A stretch of DNA of 64,000 nt from Gordius albopunctatus (GCA_964276515.1 OZ193909.1:2790001-2854000); one strand, 5' to 3'; shown: positions 49,266 through 64,000, numbered from the stretch's first letter. Numbers and translations: made by a program. Notes: generated from the sequence alone by a model not told the origin.

Positions 49266-52200
49266 CTAAACCCATAAAGAATTTCTAAAATTAGCAAACT
49301 TATAATGTTATATCGTATAGTTTTCAGGAAATGTATAAGAAGGGTAATACCCCCCCCCCTTCGGAACTAAAATACCTCCATTTTAGATTATAAATCATTT
49401 GACAAACATAATTTAAAAAATATTTAGTCCTTGGTTTTTATTGGCATAAAAATTGTTTAAACTTTTTTATCTGATATTGATATCAGCTTTAAGTAAAAAC
49501 GAAAATTTAAATTTTTTTCCTAGCAATTCTCAGAATACCGCCGGAAACCTGTCTAAAAAATACTTTGCAACTTCAATCTAATTCTATCCAAACTAACAAA
49601 AGTTGCCACTTAAATTATAACCCCCATAAAGTTCAAAATTCTTATTTGATGTAGAAGTTACGATGAGGATAAAAAGGTAAATCTCTTTGCAATGTCAATA
49701 TGATTAAACCTAGACCTTTAAACAGAAAATAAGATATTATTAATAAGCTAAAATGTTTAAATAGGATATTGCATATATGACATATTCAAAACAATAAAAA
49801 ATAATAATCTTAAAATTAATAATTCAATAGTCATGGGCGTAGCCACGATTGGAATTAGAGGGGTAGAGGGGAGCAATAATGTTTTAGGGAGGGGCAAATT
49901 GATCAATTTTAGAAATTTTAGCCATAATTTTAATAAATTTTTACAAATTTTTGGATTTAGAGGAGGGGGCAGAGCTAATCCCATATAAATAGCCATTTTT
50001 TAGTAGGCTGCACATGTAATTGTGGGCAAAAAATAGGAATCAATGATGTTATCAATTTTAACAATCAAAAAATGGTTAATAAGTTCATATGACCAAAATC
50101 TATTATTTAATTGTTAAATTTGATGAAATTAATATATACATATTAAAATCACATTAAACCTGCTGATTGGGTATTTGATGATAGGTGATAATACAATAGA
50201 ATTTATTAATTGGTAGAAGATTTACTTTGTCAACCTAATTTTGCACTTGTTATCGATACTTTAAATGACTTAGTGTTTTGATTGTATAGTGTTTAAAAAT
50301 TCGCATCTTTGTTATTGTGTTTTCGAAAAAATAATATATATTAATAAGCTATTACTAGACCAACACACGCGCATGATTAGCTATGTAATCAATATATCAG
50401 GGAATAATTTTCATTAGGGCCCTCGCCCGCTTATATTAGCTGCACTGTAGAATTTTGTTAGAATTTATGGGTGCAGGGAGCAGCGCTCGTGAAAACCTTA
50501 GAAAAACGTGCAAAGTTAATTAACAGTAGTAATATAGTTGGGTCATGCCCCTAAAATTTGGGCGCGAGGTTATATTGAAGCAAAGAATTTCCCTTCTTCA
50601 TACTCTTGCAAAAAATTGGGGGCCATTTTATAATTTTTGATTCATTTTTCCGTTACATTATCAACAGTTTTTAAATTCTTTTGTTTGATTATATATGCTT
50701 TTCGAGAGAAAAAGCCCAGAATAAAAGAGCACTTAAACGAAACAAATCTAAAAAATGTTGGGTATTCTCGTACAGAGACCATTATTAGTCCCCAATCGCT
50801 TTTTGAAAATGTTATTTTATAGTATTCGATTGGCTCATAGTGTTTCGAACTTCTTATTGGGCTACAAATTCATAGAGTCTAAACAATAAATTGGGGGGAA
50901 TGAAATGTTAAAGATTAGCAGAATATTTCCATCCCACAAAAATTGCGATACGAGTCTTTAAAAGATCACAAGTTTTATGTAGAGGGGGATGGGCGTAGCC
51001 AAGGGGGGGGCGGCTGCCCCCCCTCTAAATCCAAAAATTTGTTGAAATTTATTGAAATTATGGCTAAAATTTCAAAAATGATTTGCTTGCCCCTCCCTAA
51101 AGCATTAATGCCCCCTCAAATCCCAATGCTGGCTACGTCCATGGGTGCCGACCCATAGACCAAGCTTAATAGAGAGATAATTTCAAGCTGAATTCGAACT
51201 GAGAGGGATTAGGCTGTTACTTGTGGTTTTACGATGAACGTTAGCTCTCCTCTATACGCGGTACGATGTTTCACATATTGCAAAAAGGCCGTGTATGATG
51301 ATGGATGATAAGGCCTCAACAGCTGTACTCATTTACTATAATACCCCAAAACAACAATATTCCTTTCGCCTACCTTTAAATCCTATAAACCGTTTTTATA
51401 ATGAATATCTTAATAAATCAGCATTCCCTTCAATTGGGTCGTTCACTAAAAAGACCATATATATGCCCTGCTTATGCCTTAAACATTAATCAAGAATGAA
51501 ATTTAATGAAATAGGGTTAATTATTATTATTATTTATTTTGGTGGAATTTGGCAATGTTAGCAAATTAAAAGGCATATGGGATTTTAAAACTAGAAATTG
51601 AATAAAAATATAGGGTTTAAATTGGCTAATTTCTAATGAATTTTTTTAAAAAAACTTCGATCAAATATTTTAAACACATTTTAGGGCATTGGCTTAATAT
51701 AAAAAATTGCCAATTTAACGATATATCAACAATTAAAGACACAGCACATTTATGAAAACCACGCAAACTCTAACAGATTGAGAATAAGAGGTCGCTAGTA
51801 ATATTAATACCTCATATTATAAAAAAACATTGTTATAAAGATATAATAATAGAGATCCTAAAATAAAATTCTGACAAATAAAATGCGAATCAGATTTTTT
51901 GGTAGGGTCAACAAAAGTGTTACATTAACAAATTATAAAATAATATTTAAATATATATTTATCTAAATTGATTACATGACTTTTTTAATCATAAAAAAAT
52001 CAAGTAATGACAGGCATGGGCGCAGCCAAGGGAAGGGGGGCAGGGTGGGGCGGCTACCCCCTTTTAAATCCAAAAATTTGTTAAAATTATGGCTAAAAAT
52101 TCATAAAATAATTATTTTGCCCCCCCCCCCTCCTAAATCATTATTGCCTCCCTCTAATTCCAATGCTGACAACACCCATGGTGACAATATTATATTTGTT

Positions 52201-55200
52201 ACTTGTTTCCCCTGTCTATCTAAATCTTTATAAACTCATCCATAGAATTTGTTTTTTATTCCCTAGTTCTAATCTCTTATCTAAATAAAAAAACAACAAG
52301 TTTTGCTGGGTAACAATCTAAATTTTGCGATATTTAATATCTATATATATGGAGCAGTGGTGTTACATTATTAGATCAGGGCTAAGTTATCCTCATTTTC
52401 AATAGATAATAGGTTTAAAATTACAATTATCTGTTAGCCTTCGGTAATTTAATAGTTTTACTCCTACCTAGCAATAAATCAGCATTCCTTAATTATAGAA
52501 AAGTAGCAAACCTCTTTATGCCACCTATTTCTACCCTTAGCCCGTTCAAAATAAAAAAATTTTTATTATTAATTTTGTAAATTTACGAATCGCAATAATT
52601 ACTTGAAACTGAATCGCGTGCAATATCGCGAAACTGCGCCGCAAATTTTTTTGCACAAATGTTTTAACCATGAGATCTTCGACAAAACTTGAGTCACATT
52701 TTATAATAAAATGTCACATTTTACAAACATTAGGTCTAAGTTTAGTAAAATTTCAGAATTTTAGGCAAAGAGGGAAATTATTTAATTTTCTACATCAGGG
52801 TATGTGTTAGGCTCTTAATATTCTGATAACGTCAGAATCTTAATTTTTTTATTATAAATTCTAAATTTAATTTTTTCATTATGACTTTTATATAAATTCC
52901 GTTAAAACTATCTTCTCGGCAAACACCTAAAAATTATCCTCTTAAATTATAAATGCATAAATTAAAAAAATAACAAAGCTTGTCTATTATAACATTTGGT
53001 ATATTTTTAAAAATAAAGCAAATCAGCCATATTAGAGCTGCAGCTTTTGCAAACTTAATTCAGGTAAGATGGAAAGATAATACTAAATATGCGTCAATAA
53101 TTGAAGTACTTTATATGACCTTGGACTTTAGGGTGCTTAAAATTATAAGCAAATTTAAAGACGAAGATCAGCTTTAAATGCGACAATATGGTGGGTTTGG
53201 AGTAAATATTGAAGTGCTGAATCATAAAAATTTTATTTAATTTCATGAACTTTAGGGTGAATCTCAAAAATTAGACTTTTATTTTTCTTCTTAATTGAAA
53301 AAAATTCACTCCTCTCTAAAGCGTATTATAGAAAATTTTATAGCTATTAATACTATTAGTAAGTCAAACTTTTTAAATTGTTGAATAATAAAGCGCTGAA
53401 TAAAGTTCTGATGGATTTAGAATCCGACCTAAGAGTGGTTTAGGGTTTCAAAATATAATATATATATATTTATATATAGTTTATAGCCATCATGTGGGAA
53501 TGTATTGCATTCTATATTTTATTTTCAAAATTATTATACTCCTTAATTGACAATTTTGATGGGGTTTGTGTTAGTCAGACTGGTTTGGTTTATAAGCAAT
53601 GGCGTAACGAGGCGAGCGCCAAGGCCTCCTCCCAACAGTAAAATCCTGGCGCCTTCGCCCCCCCCCCTTATGCGGCTAAGAAAAACAGACCGAAAAATCT
53701 TTGGTTTATTGATGTTTAGTCGACTAGGTAGACCAAACCAGACCAGCCGTTTTTACAAGACTAGGTGAGGCAAACAATACTTTCTATCAGGCAAAAGTTA
53801 AAATTTGTGACGACACTTATAATGGTGAATAAACACTTTCTAGTATCTGATATTTTCTTAGGTCCCCTTCCCCCTCATTCCCCAAAAAACTTGGTAGAAT
53901 ATTTGTAGTAAAAGATTGGTCTTTTAAATACGTTAAATCTTTGGTTCAAATAATACTATAATAACCTTTAATCAAATGCATTTTTCAACTGGGATATATT
54001 GTTACTTTTAAGGAACTAAAATGTATATATATATGATTCTATAAATTATTTAGTTAATAAAATCGATAAAATAGAATAGACGCGAATTACTTTAGAAACG
54101 GTCATTGGAATACCTTCTTTCCCTCCATTTACTCTAAATCCGTAAGGGCCCGAACCTTTTAAACGGACTTCGAAAATTAAATCATTGGGACTCAAACGTA
54201 TCGTTTCATTCATAAATGTTTCAACACTTTTTTGATATATATATATATATATATATGTCCTTTATACGACGAAATAATTAGTCATTAAAATAGGTAAATA
54301 TTCTTTTTTTAAACTAACTCTATCACATTGTACACGGTTTTGTTTTTATTAAATATACCAATGGATTAACACTAGCCTCAAATACCTAAAGCAAAGCAGT
54401 GTTGCCTTAGTTTTTAACTGCAAACGGCCTAGTAAAATTGGTAATAAATTTGCGAGATCGGAAGCATGTGGTAAAAGAAATTTTATAAAATCGAATAAGG
54501 GACCACCATTCAACCTAGGATTCTGAAAAGTTATTGAAGCCTTCGACGAGAGCCCAGGAACGTTGTGTAAAATGAATTGAAACATTTCTATTACACATTA
54601 AAAATTAATTTTAAAGCTTCAATTAATGAACGCCAATTAGTCCACAATCATTAATGGTTAGTTGGAATAATATAATAGATCGGTCTTATTGAGTTGTCAA
54701 TAAATATATTTACAACTAGGTATCATTATAATATATATAAAGCGGTGTTTAACTATGTAGAGCTGAAGATCATTATTATAAAAAAATTAAATGGTAAAAT
54801 AATGGATTTGTAGAGTTTTAAAGCATATTTTAATTTAAGCAATTCATTAATGGGATTCAAAATTGAATTTGTTATCATAATATATAAATTAATAATGTTT
54901 GACAAATAAAACTCATCCGGTTTATATTTACTACCCTTACGAGTTCAGATCAGAGTTCTACGACACGATTCGATTCAAAATTAATCAGAATGTGACCCAG
55001 TGAATTAAATATTGTATGAAAACATTACGTGCGATATCATTTATTAATAAAGAATTCACACGAATATTTACAAAGAGGGCAATTTATAATCCCCAATTGC
55101 ATTCTTCGTTTCAGACTCTTATAGGGTTTAAAATTTATAAACCCAACCAAACCGGAAATAGGTTTTAAGCCCAAACCCCACTTTTAACAATCAAAAATAT

Positions 55201-56099
55201 TTTAAAATTTTACCATTGGTTAGGATAAATTTTTAGTTATTACACAAATACTATTTTCTAATTTTTATAAACATAGCTCAATTTCACTTACTTGATGATT
55301 TTAATTGCTATGCAATTTTTTATTTAATGCATATATTTTTGATTGGCTTGAAATGAAGCAAAAACATTTAAGCGGAGCTTAGTTCAAATTAAACATTTCT
55401 GACAATTTTAAATTTGTTTAATTAATATGGATCTCATTTTGCTCTATGACATTTAAAAAATGTTTCATACGCTATACATAATATTCTTAACTTATTATCT
55501 TTGTGTTCAACTGCATAAGAAATAACTTATTAGTGATACAAGACTCAACAATTGAAAAATTATCTCCTACTGTTTGACACCTATGCTTGCAGCAGACCCT
55601 TAAACTTAATTTCTATTTTTTCCTATATTATATTTAATAACAATAACAAATGTAGTCATAAATTGACGTGAATGATGCCTTTTTATCAAGCACCCTGGAA
55701 AAACTGTATAAAATATCATAGATGGATTATATTTTATACTTAATCTATCTTTAATGTTGCAGGATGCGAAATATTTTCTGTCTTATGAATGGATAATAGG
55801 GAAATATATATTATTTTGAACTTGTTCGATTAAGTCCATTTTAAAAAAGCCAGATATCTTACACACTCTATAAATTAGTGTCCTAAAATTTCGCCACCCA
55901 TCCATCCCTTTTTTACGTTCAAAGGGTCGCATCGTCTAAGTATTTAAAGTTAGATTACATTCATGAGATACATTTCGTACTAATTTCATATCTGAACAAA
56001 AAAAGTCGACCGATCTCCATGTTGAATGACCTCATACGAATTATTAATCTTAAAAATGACACTGAGCCATAGGTTACTTTAATATATTAAAAGAGTTCT

Positions 56100-57070
56100 T
56101 GCTCATTAGCTAGTCGCCCCCTATCCAGTTTGGAATCCAGTTGAACGCCATTCTTTGCGTTTGCAACCGCTTTCTTTGCAACTCTCTCTGTCTACTGATG
56201 TATATAATTCTAATAATCATTCCATTTGTCCATTTATACCTCCTTCTATGTAAAGTTTTTTTTCTTTCAAATAATTCTAAATTCCTCGCCATAGTTCTCT
56301 AATTAAAACTTTGCCTCCTTTGGTCTATTAACCTGCCTTTTACTTTCTCTTTGCAATCAGCTTCTCTCGCTCTTAGTTTACGTCTCGGTCCAACTACCCA
56401 ATAGTGTGGAGGGTGTATGTCTTCTTTTAGAATTCTAAATCGAATCGTAAGCTCATACACTTTTCATCTTTGGAAAAAGGTCTTCTGTAAAGGTCCCTAT
56501 TCCTTCGCGACTAAAGCGCCATCCATTTTCAATCAATTTTGGTTTCTAACTAGGCATAACCCAACATTTTATCAAATTAATATTATTTGGACACTGGGTT
56601 CATTATATCCTTTAAATATCAGAATAATGATTATTTATATAAGTCATATGTAATTAATATCTACGTATATGTGATGCTTTGCAATAATCTTCCCACTTTT
56701 AAAAATAGGTGGTAATCAACACCGTATCCTATACTTCAGGCACTTATAGAAGATTCCTTCCATGTTCCTTTAGTGTCATATTCCGTGATTCCTTTTCCTG
56801 GTTATAAAAAAGGAATTTTTAGTTTCCATATACCAAGGTGTGGGGTACACGCATACATCAGAATGTCCCCCTGATTTTCAGGCTTTACTCATATATACCT
56901 CTAATGACTTTTGAGTTATACTACTTTGTACATGTACCATTTGCTAAGCCAGACACCGACCCAGTTTATATGATTTGGGGACACAGTATAAAACAGTTTA
57001 AATCCTTCTCCTAACTATTGTGCCTTATTTCCATTTTCGTCTCTTGCTGGCAGTCACTGTGTATCCTTCT
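56100..57070 (-). mobile_element. Highly decayed LINE RT/C-terminal relic
   Basis: Fragments such as YKWTNGMI...TQRMAFNWIP resemble RTE ORF C-termini. No long frame survives. Confidence 0.4.
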
Positions 57071-58070
57071 ATTTTAGCATTTGTGCCGAGTCCAAAGTCG
57101 AACATGATATTCTAATTCAAACCGAAACATTTCTTTATCGCCTCCGTTGTGAGTTAGGCGTTGACTCTTGTGCATATATCGCATTCACAAGTGGAAGATG
57201 ATGCACTGCACGTCGTTGAAAAGGAGGTTTATTTCTGAAGTAGATCATTGTTAAATATAATTATTAATTTAACGTGGAATTTTGCAAGAGTCTGATAAAT
57301 GAATTTCAAATAAAACTTGAATCAACCAAGTTATCTAATTTCGCTGTTAATATATATATATATAAATAGGCTTTTAGTTTAGTACTTTTTAATCAAAATT
57401 TTAGATTTGAATTCGCTCAGCTAGCATTATAGAATTTGGTATGTTTACATTATGAGCTTATAAGCATTATAAAATTTGATATGTTTACGTTATCACTTTG
57501 AGCTTTTAAGCGCTTTTATTATAAATATTTGGTCATCATTGCGATTTCATACCGTACATTAAAACGATGTCGACATTATCATTCTTCACATATAATAGCT
57601 CATCAGCAAGTATCATATGTAGGTTTACGTGGATAATTGAATATTTATTAAAGAATGTTTGGTAATGTAGCACACAATATTTACACCTAGCATGAGTGGC
57701 TTGCTTAACGAATAAAAAAGTTAGATTACATCCTACCACAATCAAAATGTAAAAAGATAGAAACAAACATTAGTTGTGTATGGAACGCCATTACATAATA
57801 CTCACAATATAAAAATACACTAGCACTTTTAGACGAGTTGGTGTTGGTACTATAAACGGAAGTATAAAACATAGAGTGGACCATGTATAAACAATCGTAC
57901 CCATATACCTTGGCTATAATAAAAATTTTAAGTGCCTCATTTGAGTATTAATTGTTTGTCTTCTTGGTATCTGTTAGTTCGGAAATCTTTAAATGCCTAT
58001 TTGAGCAGAAGGTACATGCGCGATATCTTTAACCCATAATTTTGATGCTTGGAGCAGCAAACTTAGAGCT

Positions 58071-59149
58071 TCAATGGACTTTCGTTTCGTATTGGCAGTA
58101 ATCTCCCAAAAAACCCTGCGTACATCTGCAAAATTATAAAACACATTTTAAAAGGAATACTTTTAACAAATATATTAGGTTTAACACTTCAGAGGTTGGT
58201 TCAAAAATGTTAACACGGATATAGCTATAACTTAGATATTTTATAATATAAACTTGTGAAATTTTGCAAGAATAACATTTCAACTCTTATACGTTCATTA
58301 ATATATAAATTTGCCTATTTGATCAAGTGATTTTAATTTTATGCCTATAATTAGAGCAAACTAATTTATTTTGTACAGCATTTTTAAACGGTTTGGTGTC
58401 ATTATAACCCCACCCAACCTCTGAAGTGTTAAAATAAAATCTTTACTTACTCGCATTTGTGTTCACCTTCGGATTTTACACATGTGCCACCATTGGCGCA
58501 CATATTGTATTGGCAGTTGAGGTTGTTAGGCTTATTTATCTCGGCACCAATGACTAATGAATTCAAAATATTATAAAATATAAAGTCAAATATTTACTTC
58601 TGTCGTCAAAGGCTTCGGAGTCAAATAACGATTGATAGGTGTCTTGGTATTTCGCTATGGAGCATAAATAATTTAATATAGCAAAAATTAATAAGTTCTA
58701 AAATAATTAAGAGATCAATATTTACCTCTGCGATAAATTTCGACGGTGATGTTGGAAGAAGCAATATTATGACCGCAAAAAGTTCGCGTTTGACAATGAT
58801 ATATACCTGAGTTTTTTAACTTGACGTGATATATACGAAGGGTAGAAACATTTCTAATAAATAAACGACAATAGTTAGTGTATCCAGCAAAAAGTGTAAA
58901 TACATTTAAAACATGTTATTCCTTAGAAACCTATTGAAAATTACTTTTCTTGAACAATTGTCATAATTTGGTTATTTGCACCGATTGGAAAAGGGGTTAG
59001 CTTGCGCCCATTTTTGTACCACTTCACCTTAGCCGTTGCTTTACGATTGTTTATTAGACAGGAGAGGACGAGTGTATTGTCATGTAAAACGCGCATGAAT
59101 TTGGGGTTAGCGACGGATAAGCGAATGGATTTTCTGAATTTTGGGTTGG
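58071..59149 (-). CDS. Vein/neuregulin-like Ig(I-set)+EGF protein, 3' exons
   Basis: Exons 59149(or 59133)-58945, 58853-58726, 58654-58598, 58553-58451 and 58125-58071 splice in phase. They read LVLSCL...VKWYKNGRKL...STLRIYHVKLKNSGIYHCQ, then CQYNMCANGGTCVKSEGEHKCECTQGFLGDYCQYETKVH*. The 5' exons are unresolved; candidates are 60150-60114, 60059-59815 and 62968-62826. Confidence 0.8.
58185..58428. mobile_element. TTAA-target (piggyBac-like) MITE inside the EGF-splitting intron
   Basis: Perfect 15-bp TIR cacttcagaggttgg/ccaacctctgaagtg, with TTAA on both sides. Confidence 0.9.
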
Positions 59150-62100
59150 CTTAATAAACAGCAATTATATTTAAAAGATATAGTAATTGATACTCATGTT
59201 TTTTCATTATATAAAGATATAAAAAACATTGCAAGTAGTATACCTACCTGTATTATTTTATCATTTGGATGGTTAAATGAAACACATTATAATGGTTAGG
59301 CAGAAAGTATAATCTAAAATACCGTAATCCATTATAAAATAATTTTTGTTTAAAAACTTAGCTTTAACCATTTAAATCTCTTCAAACAAGAGTTTTTTCT
59401 AAATGATAAATAGGTTATAAAAAGTGCAAACACCATAGTTAGACTTTTTTTATAAATCACAACAAATTGTTAATTATTTCTTTGTGTAAAATAATTCATT
59501 GCATATGGAAAGTGTGTTGAGGGATTAATATTTAGAAACCTAAGAAGATGAAAAAATCAATGGGGAAATATATAAAAAAAACTGAATATTACAAGGGTAG
59601 TCATGATTTGGATTAGAGAGGGGCCGGTCTGGTTAAACCCTTGCTGAAAATGATTTCCATAATCTCTAAATGTTGAGGGAGTAAATATATAAGTTTTTAC
59701 CTCAGGTTCTAATTTCAGCGAATTTGTTTTATTATTATAAGTCTTAACAGGTTAAGCAATAAATATTATTGGTATAAAGCACACCTTCAAAAATTATAGT
59801 TAAGCTGATAAAACCTTAAGACGTCAAGCTTAAGGCTGCTTCTTAATTTTAACATAAGGTTCATGTGGTGTGATTTGAAATGGCTGTTAAGTTTACAGAG
59901 TTGTTTGGTGAAAAATAACACCGTTTCGCATTCGCTAATAACTCCCGTCCCACCACCACGTTTAATATTACACCTATGATTGGGGTGGAGGCAATGGATG
60001 AATAAATTGTTGAGAAATTGATGAAATTTAATACTTTTCAAACATGCGGGGGCGCGTGCTTAACCGAGACATCTAATTTCAATTAGGCAGGGTGAGTTTA
60101 TTCAAACACATACTTGATGTAAGATTACTGCAGCTGATGCTGAACTTGGCCTAAAATACACATTTACACATATAATACATACGTTTAATCTTATGTATTA
60201 AGACCCCTTTTATTATTATTAAATAGTTATGCGATTTTATATATTATGGATTGTGTTTGGAGTAGAATGGGACGTGTTTGATTTAGTTAGATTGTTTAAC
60301 GAAGAGGATTAACCTTTTGTCACACAAGCTCAAAATCAATATTTGCGATGGAACAACAATTAGCAACGTTGCACCATCCCAGGTTAACGACACCAAATCA
60401 CGTCATTCTAATCTTAATCAAGAAAGAACAATATGGCGACAAGGAAACTAACAGATATATTAACAAAATTACACATTAACACTAAATTTGCAAGTCAACA
60501 TATTTGAACTTATAACTTAAAGTTATATTTATTTTACAATTTTCAAAAACACCATGTGTCCCCACCATTGATTCTAATTTCTTATTTATTACAATAGATT
60601 GGGGGACGGGGGTTTTCATGCTTTAATCTAGCAGAATTTAAAGGAAAGACACAATCTGCCCTATAAGCATGGCAAAATGGTCAGAAGAATGGGTTTAATC
60701 AAGAAAACACATAATAGGGGAATTGTTTAAAGGAGAGGATTATGGCATAAGCCCATCATCTATTCTCTTCCTATTTAAACAGCTGCCCCACTCATGCTTT
60801 AACTAAGGCTAAAAGAGTGTTTATACACGCCACATATTTTACGCAATTTTTGCACAAAAATATTACAATTGCATAAATGTATGTTTAATAATTTAGTATA
60901 TTTTTAGCAAATTCTACTTAGGCCATCCGAAAACTTGCACAACCACGGAGAGTAAGCGAGAGCTATACGATAAAAACCATACCATAAAAAAGTTAATAAT
61001 GCATCGATGCTGAGCTATATATAAATTTATACACGCTTCAAGACTAACAAAAAAGTAGTCTTATAAAATAAACTCACCTAAGTTATATCCTCAATTTAAA
61101 TAAAAAGACATAAATTTTAATTATTACGTAAATTTTCATAAATATTTTTTTCAACAATAAAATTCTTTTTTGCACATGTTTGGAATAAGACCATTTTATT
61201 CTCTGATTTTTCAATAGTTTTGTATGAATGGACGCCATAAAAGCATATTTAAACTTACAAACTCTCATGGTATAATAACTAGTAATTAAATTAGTAAATC
61301 TTTGAAAATAACTTTTGCATCCGTTGTTTTCCAGACTAATAATACTTTGCAAAAAATAATTTCAAAGGGGGCATTCCATGTCAAATCGATTTTAAAAAAC
61401 ATCGACTGACCCCCTCAGATTTGTATGAATGGGTGAAATTGTAGAAACTATTATGAAATTATGAATAGCTCATTTGGGCCATTGCATCGGTTTTTTATAA
61501 GATCGGGTAGTGTTGTAAACCTATCTCAATAGAAAATTTGACATTTTTTCTGGTCGATTCGTCATCTGCAATAGCTGAAATGTCATATCTACCGTTGACT
61601 AGTCCCAAACCTTTTAAATTTTGAAACAAAAGTTTTTTACCATCTTTATAACAATAGCGATGGGGGGGGGGTTATATAAATGGCTCAAGCTCAATCAAAT
61701 ACCTTCACTCATTTATAGGAGTTATCTAAGCACCAGTAACGTTTGGGGACAATTAATGCAATGCACTTATACCACAAAACAAAAGCTTAAGTGTAAATAG
61801 TGTATAGTATATGTTCTAATGACCTTCAAATGTATACCGTTAATCTCTCGCTTACCTAGCTTAGCCATTGTACTTGAGCTATCTCGAAATGCCATACTGA
61901 CTGGTCAACAACGCTGATAATGAACCTTTTGTCATGCTAGGTCCTAATGGCCTGAGTAATAAGGTGCTCAGCTTATGAGGAGGTTGAAGAGGAAACGGGT
62001 AAAATAGGTTTTCAATGATAAAGTCCCCTTGACTTATAATATACATATAACTCTGGAAATAGTAAATTTATGCTTTTAAAACATTTTTTGGGGTTGGCTA

Positions 62101-64000
62101 GCATGGGCGTAGCCAAGGGAAGGGCGGCTGCCCCCTATAAATCCAAAAATTCGTTAGAATTTATCGTAATTAGGGCTAATTTCAAAAAATTGTCATTTTG
62201 CCCCCGCCGAAATTAAAATTGCCCCCGTCTAATTCCAATGGCACATGTTGATTAGTATAGCAAAAAGATTTAATTAACTCTCAAGACAAGGGTTTTGGAA
62301 ATAAAACAACTAGTAATAATAACTAAAATATAGGACTTTAAAATTTATTTAAATGATTTTTATGAAATTAATTGCCCTAGATTTGGAAACATTAGTATAT
62401 AATTTAACTAATATAAAGGAGGCATAAACTTGTGGTTATAACGTTGAATAGATCCTGACTAGGTCAATACATAAATAGTGGCGGATATAAATGTAATATT
62501 AATATCTAAACCTTGTAGTAGATCACTTTGGAGGTTGAACTGAAGTTGTTAATCACAAATGATATATTATGTAGTTGTTACATATTAGAATCTATCTTTG
62601 AAGTAATTAAACATTGTTATTAATCAATCTCCTCCCCCCCCCCTTCCATAAAATTAAATCCATCTATTTTGTAATCATCAATTAAAAAACGTTTGGCATT
62701 TAAGGGTTATTTTAAAGTTGAAGTGTTCCAAAGTGTTTTGTTGCACTTTGATGTTTTCTTTATCATGCATACCCTTACCTAATCTCTATTTGGCTACAAT
62801 AGGCGTAAGAGCTTAGAAAGGCAACCTAGAGAAGAAACATCCATAAATAGCTAGCGAAGTTGATTTATCATTAATACGATCGTCCGCATTTATAACTAAT
62901 GTAAGCGCCTCCTCCATCTGTCCACATTGCTTAAACGCCAATAAATCCAACCCCGTCCCTAGTGGAGTCTAATAATAAGTGAGTTAATAGGGGAAAAATA
63001 CATTTTTTGATTACTTTTAAAAAGATTTAATAGAAAGTGGTAATCTTAATTTTAACATTTTTACCTTATAACAAGTTTCAAAGCATTGAACAGAAAATCC
63101 CGACATTTCTAATCCACGCTCATTTATTTTAATAGGGGTCAATTGCCATGAGGGTGTCATTAAATTTTTAATTAGTTTATTAAAATTATGTTGTCAAGCA
63201 AAGATATTATTTTCATTTATGAAAACAGTTTAATTAATGTATATAATTTAATTACTTATTGCATATAAATATAAAGTAGCAGCGCTATTAGTATGAATTA
63301 ACCTATATAATAAAATTGAAGATATTCTACAGAAATATAAATATATCAGCAGGATGACCAATGATACTATATATAAGATAATTCATTACCAAACTTTTTC
63401 AAGCATCGCCTAATGGCAAAAAATTTCCTAATATCCCTCTATAATATTAATAAAATGTGACTTTTAAAGCAACAAGTGCATTTTATACGACAAATACAAT
63501 ACAAATATACCAAGCAGTTAGTGCCATAAAAATCTTATTAAAAACTATGAATGACCTGATGAACAGTAGCAAAGTTTTGGTTGTCAACCTCGGTATCAGT
63601 AAGGTTTAGCATGGGCATAGACGTCCATGATATCATATAAGAACTTTTCACATTAATCAAAAATTATAATAAACGACGAAAAAATTAACATACCGCCCCC
63701 TCTTAAGCCTATTCCCTTTAAATTTTTTATCATCCCTTGGGAATCACTGGTATTGATTATATTATATAATCATATAAACACAAGTCAAAGATCTTATGCA
63801 AACAATATCATATTTCTTCCATTAATTAGTTTGACAAAAAAAACAAATCATTAAATCTTTAGGATTTAGGCGCAATTGAAAACATAAAGATTAGTTTTAT
63901 ATTAAATAATGTAATTTTGAAATCATTTCGAAACCTGGCAGTACATAAAAGCTATATAAAAGATAACGTGTCATTGTTTTGTGTTAACAAAGGAAATTTT

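Noticed and set aside
54349..55120. Candidate first PDZ exon (ORF 54349-54585; NWGL*I at about 55090)
   Set aside because: The first candidate lacks a GLGF-like loop, the second has an in-frame stop, and neither offers the needed phase-0 donor.
57130..57766. Alternative transmembrane/cytoplasmic exons for the Ig+EGF gene
   Set aside because: The hydrophobic ORF is preceded by an in-frame stop with no usable acceptor, so it cannot be linked without transcripts.

Overview
Very AT-rich animal (invertebrate-type) nuclear DNA, dense in transposons, with very short (about 34-75 nt) GT-AG introns. I rebuilt three spliced genes by hand with phase-consistent junctions. (1) An 8-exon hnRNP A/B-family gene with a Met/Gly/Asn-rich tail (30160-31661, +). 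(2) A synaptopodin-2/myopodin-like gene (39928-49265, -) with a putative long PDZ isoform and a short PDZ-less isoform. (3) A Vein/neuregulin-like Ig+EGF gene (core 58071-59149, -). Just downstream of the hnRNP gene is a cluster, absent from the ORF track, of three very compact C/D-box snoRNAs (one U47/SNORD47-like, two U16/SNORD16-like) in a spliced non-coding segment. The first 11.5 kb is a recently rearranged block: three truncated kinesin-4 motor fragments (one a recombinant of the other two, two forming an inverted repeat) interleaved with a duplicated 2.5-kb satellite-bearing module. The rest is nested TEs: hAT elements and MITEs with 8-bp TSDs, a Helitron with both ends, pogo, piggyBac-like MITEs, RTE-type LINE relics, and several foldback structures up to 2.45 kb. 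All alignments were done by eye; no database searches were run.
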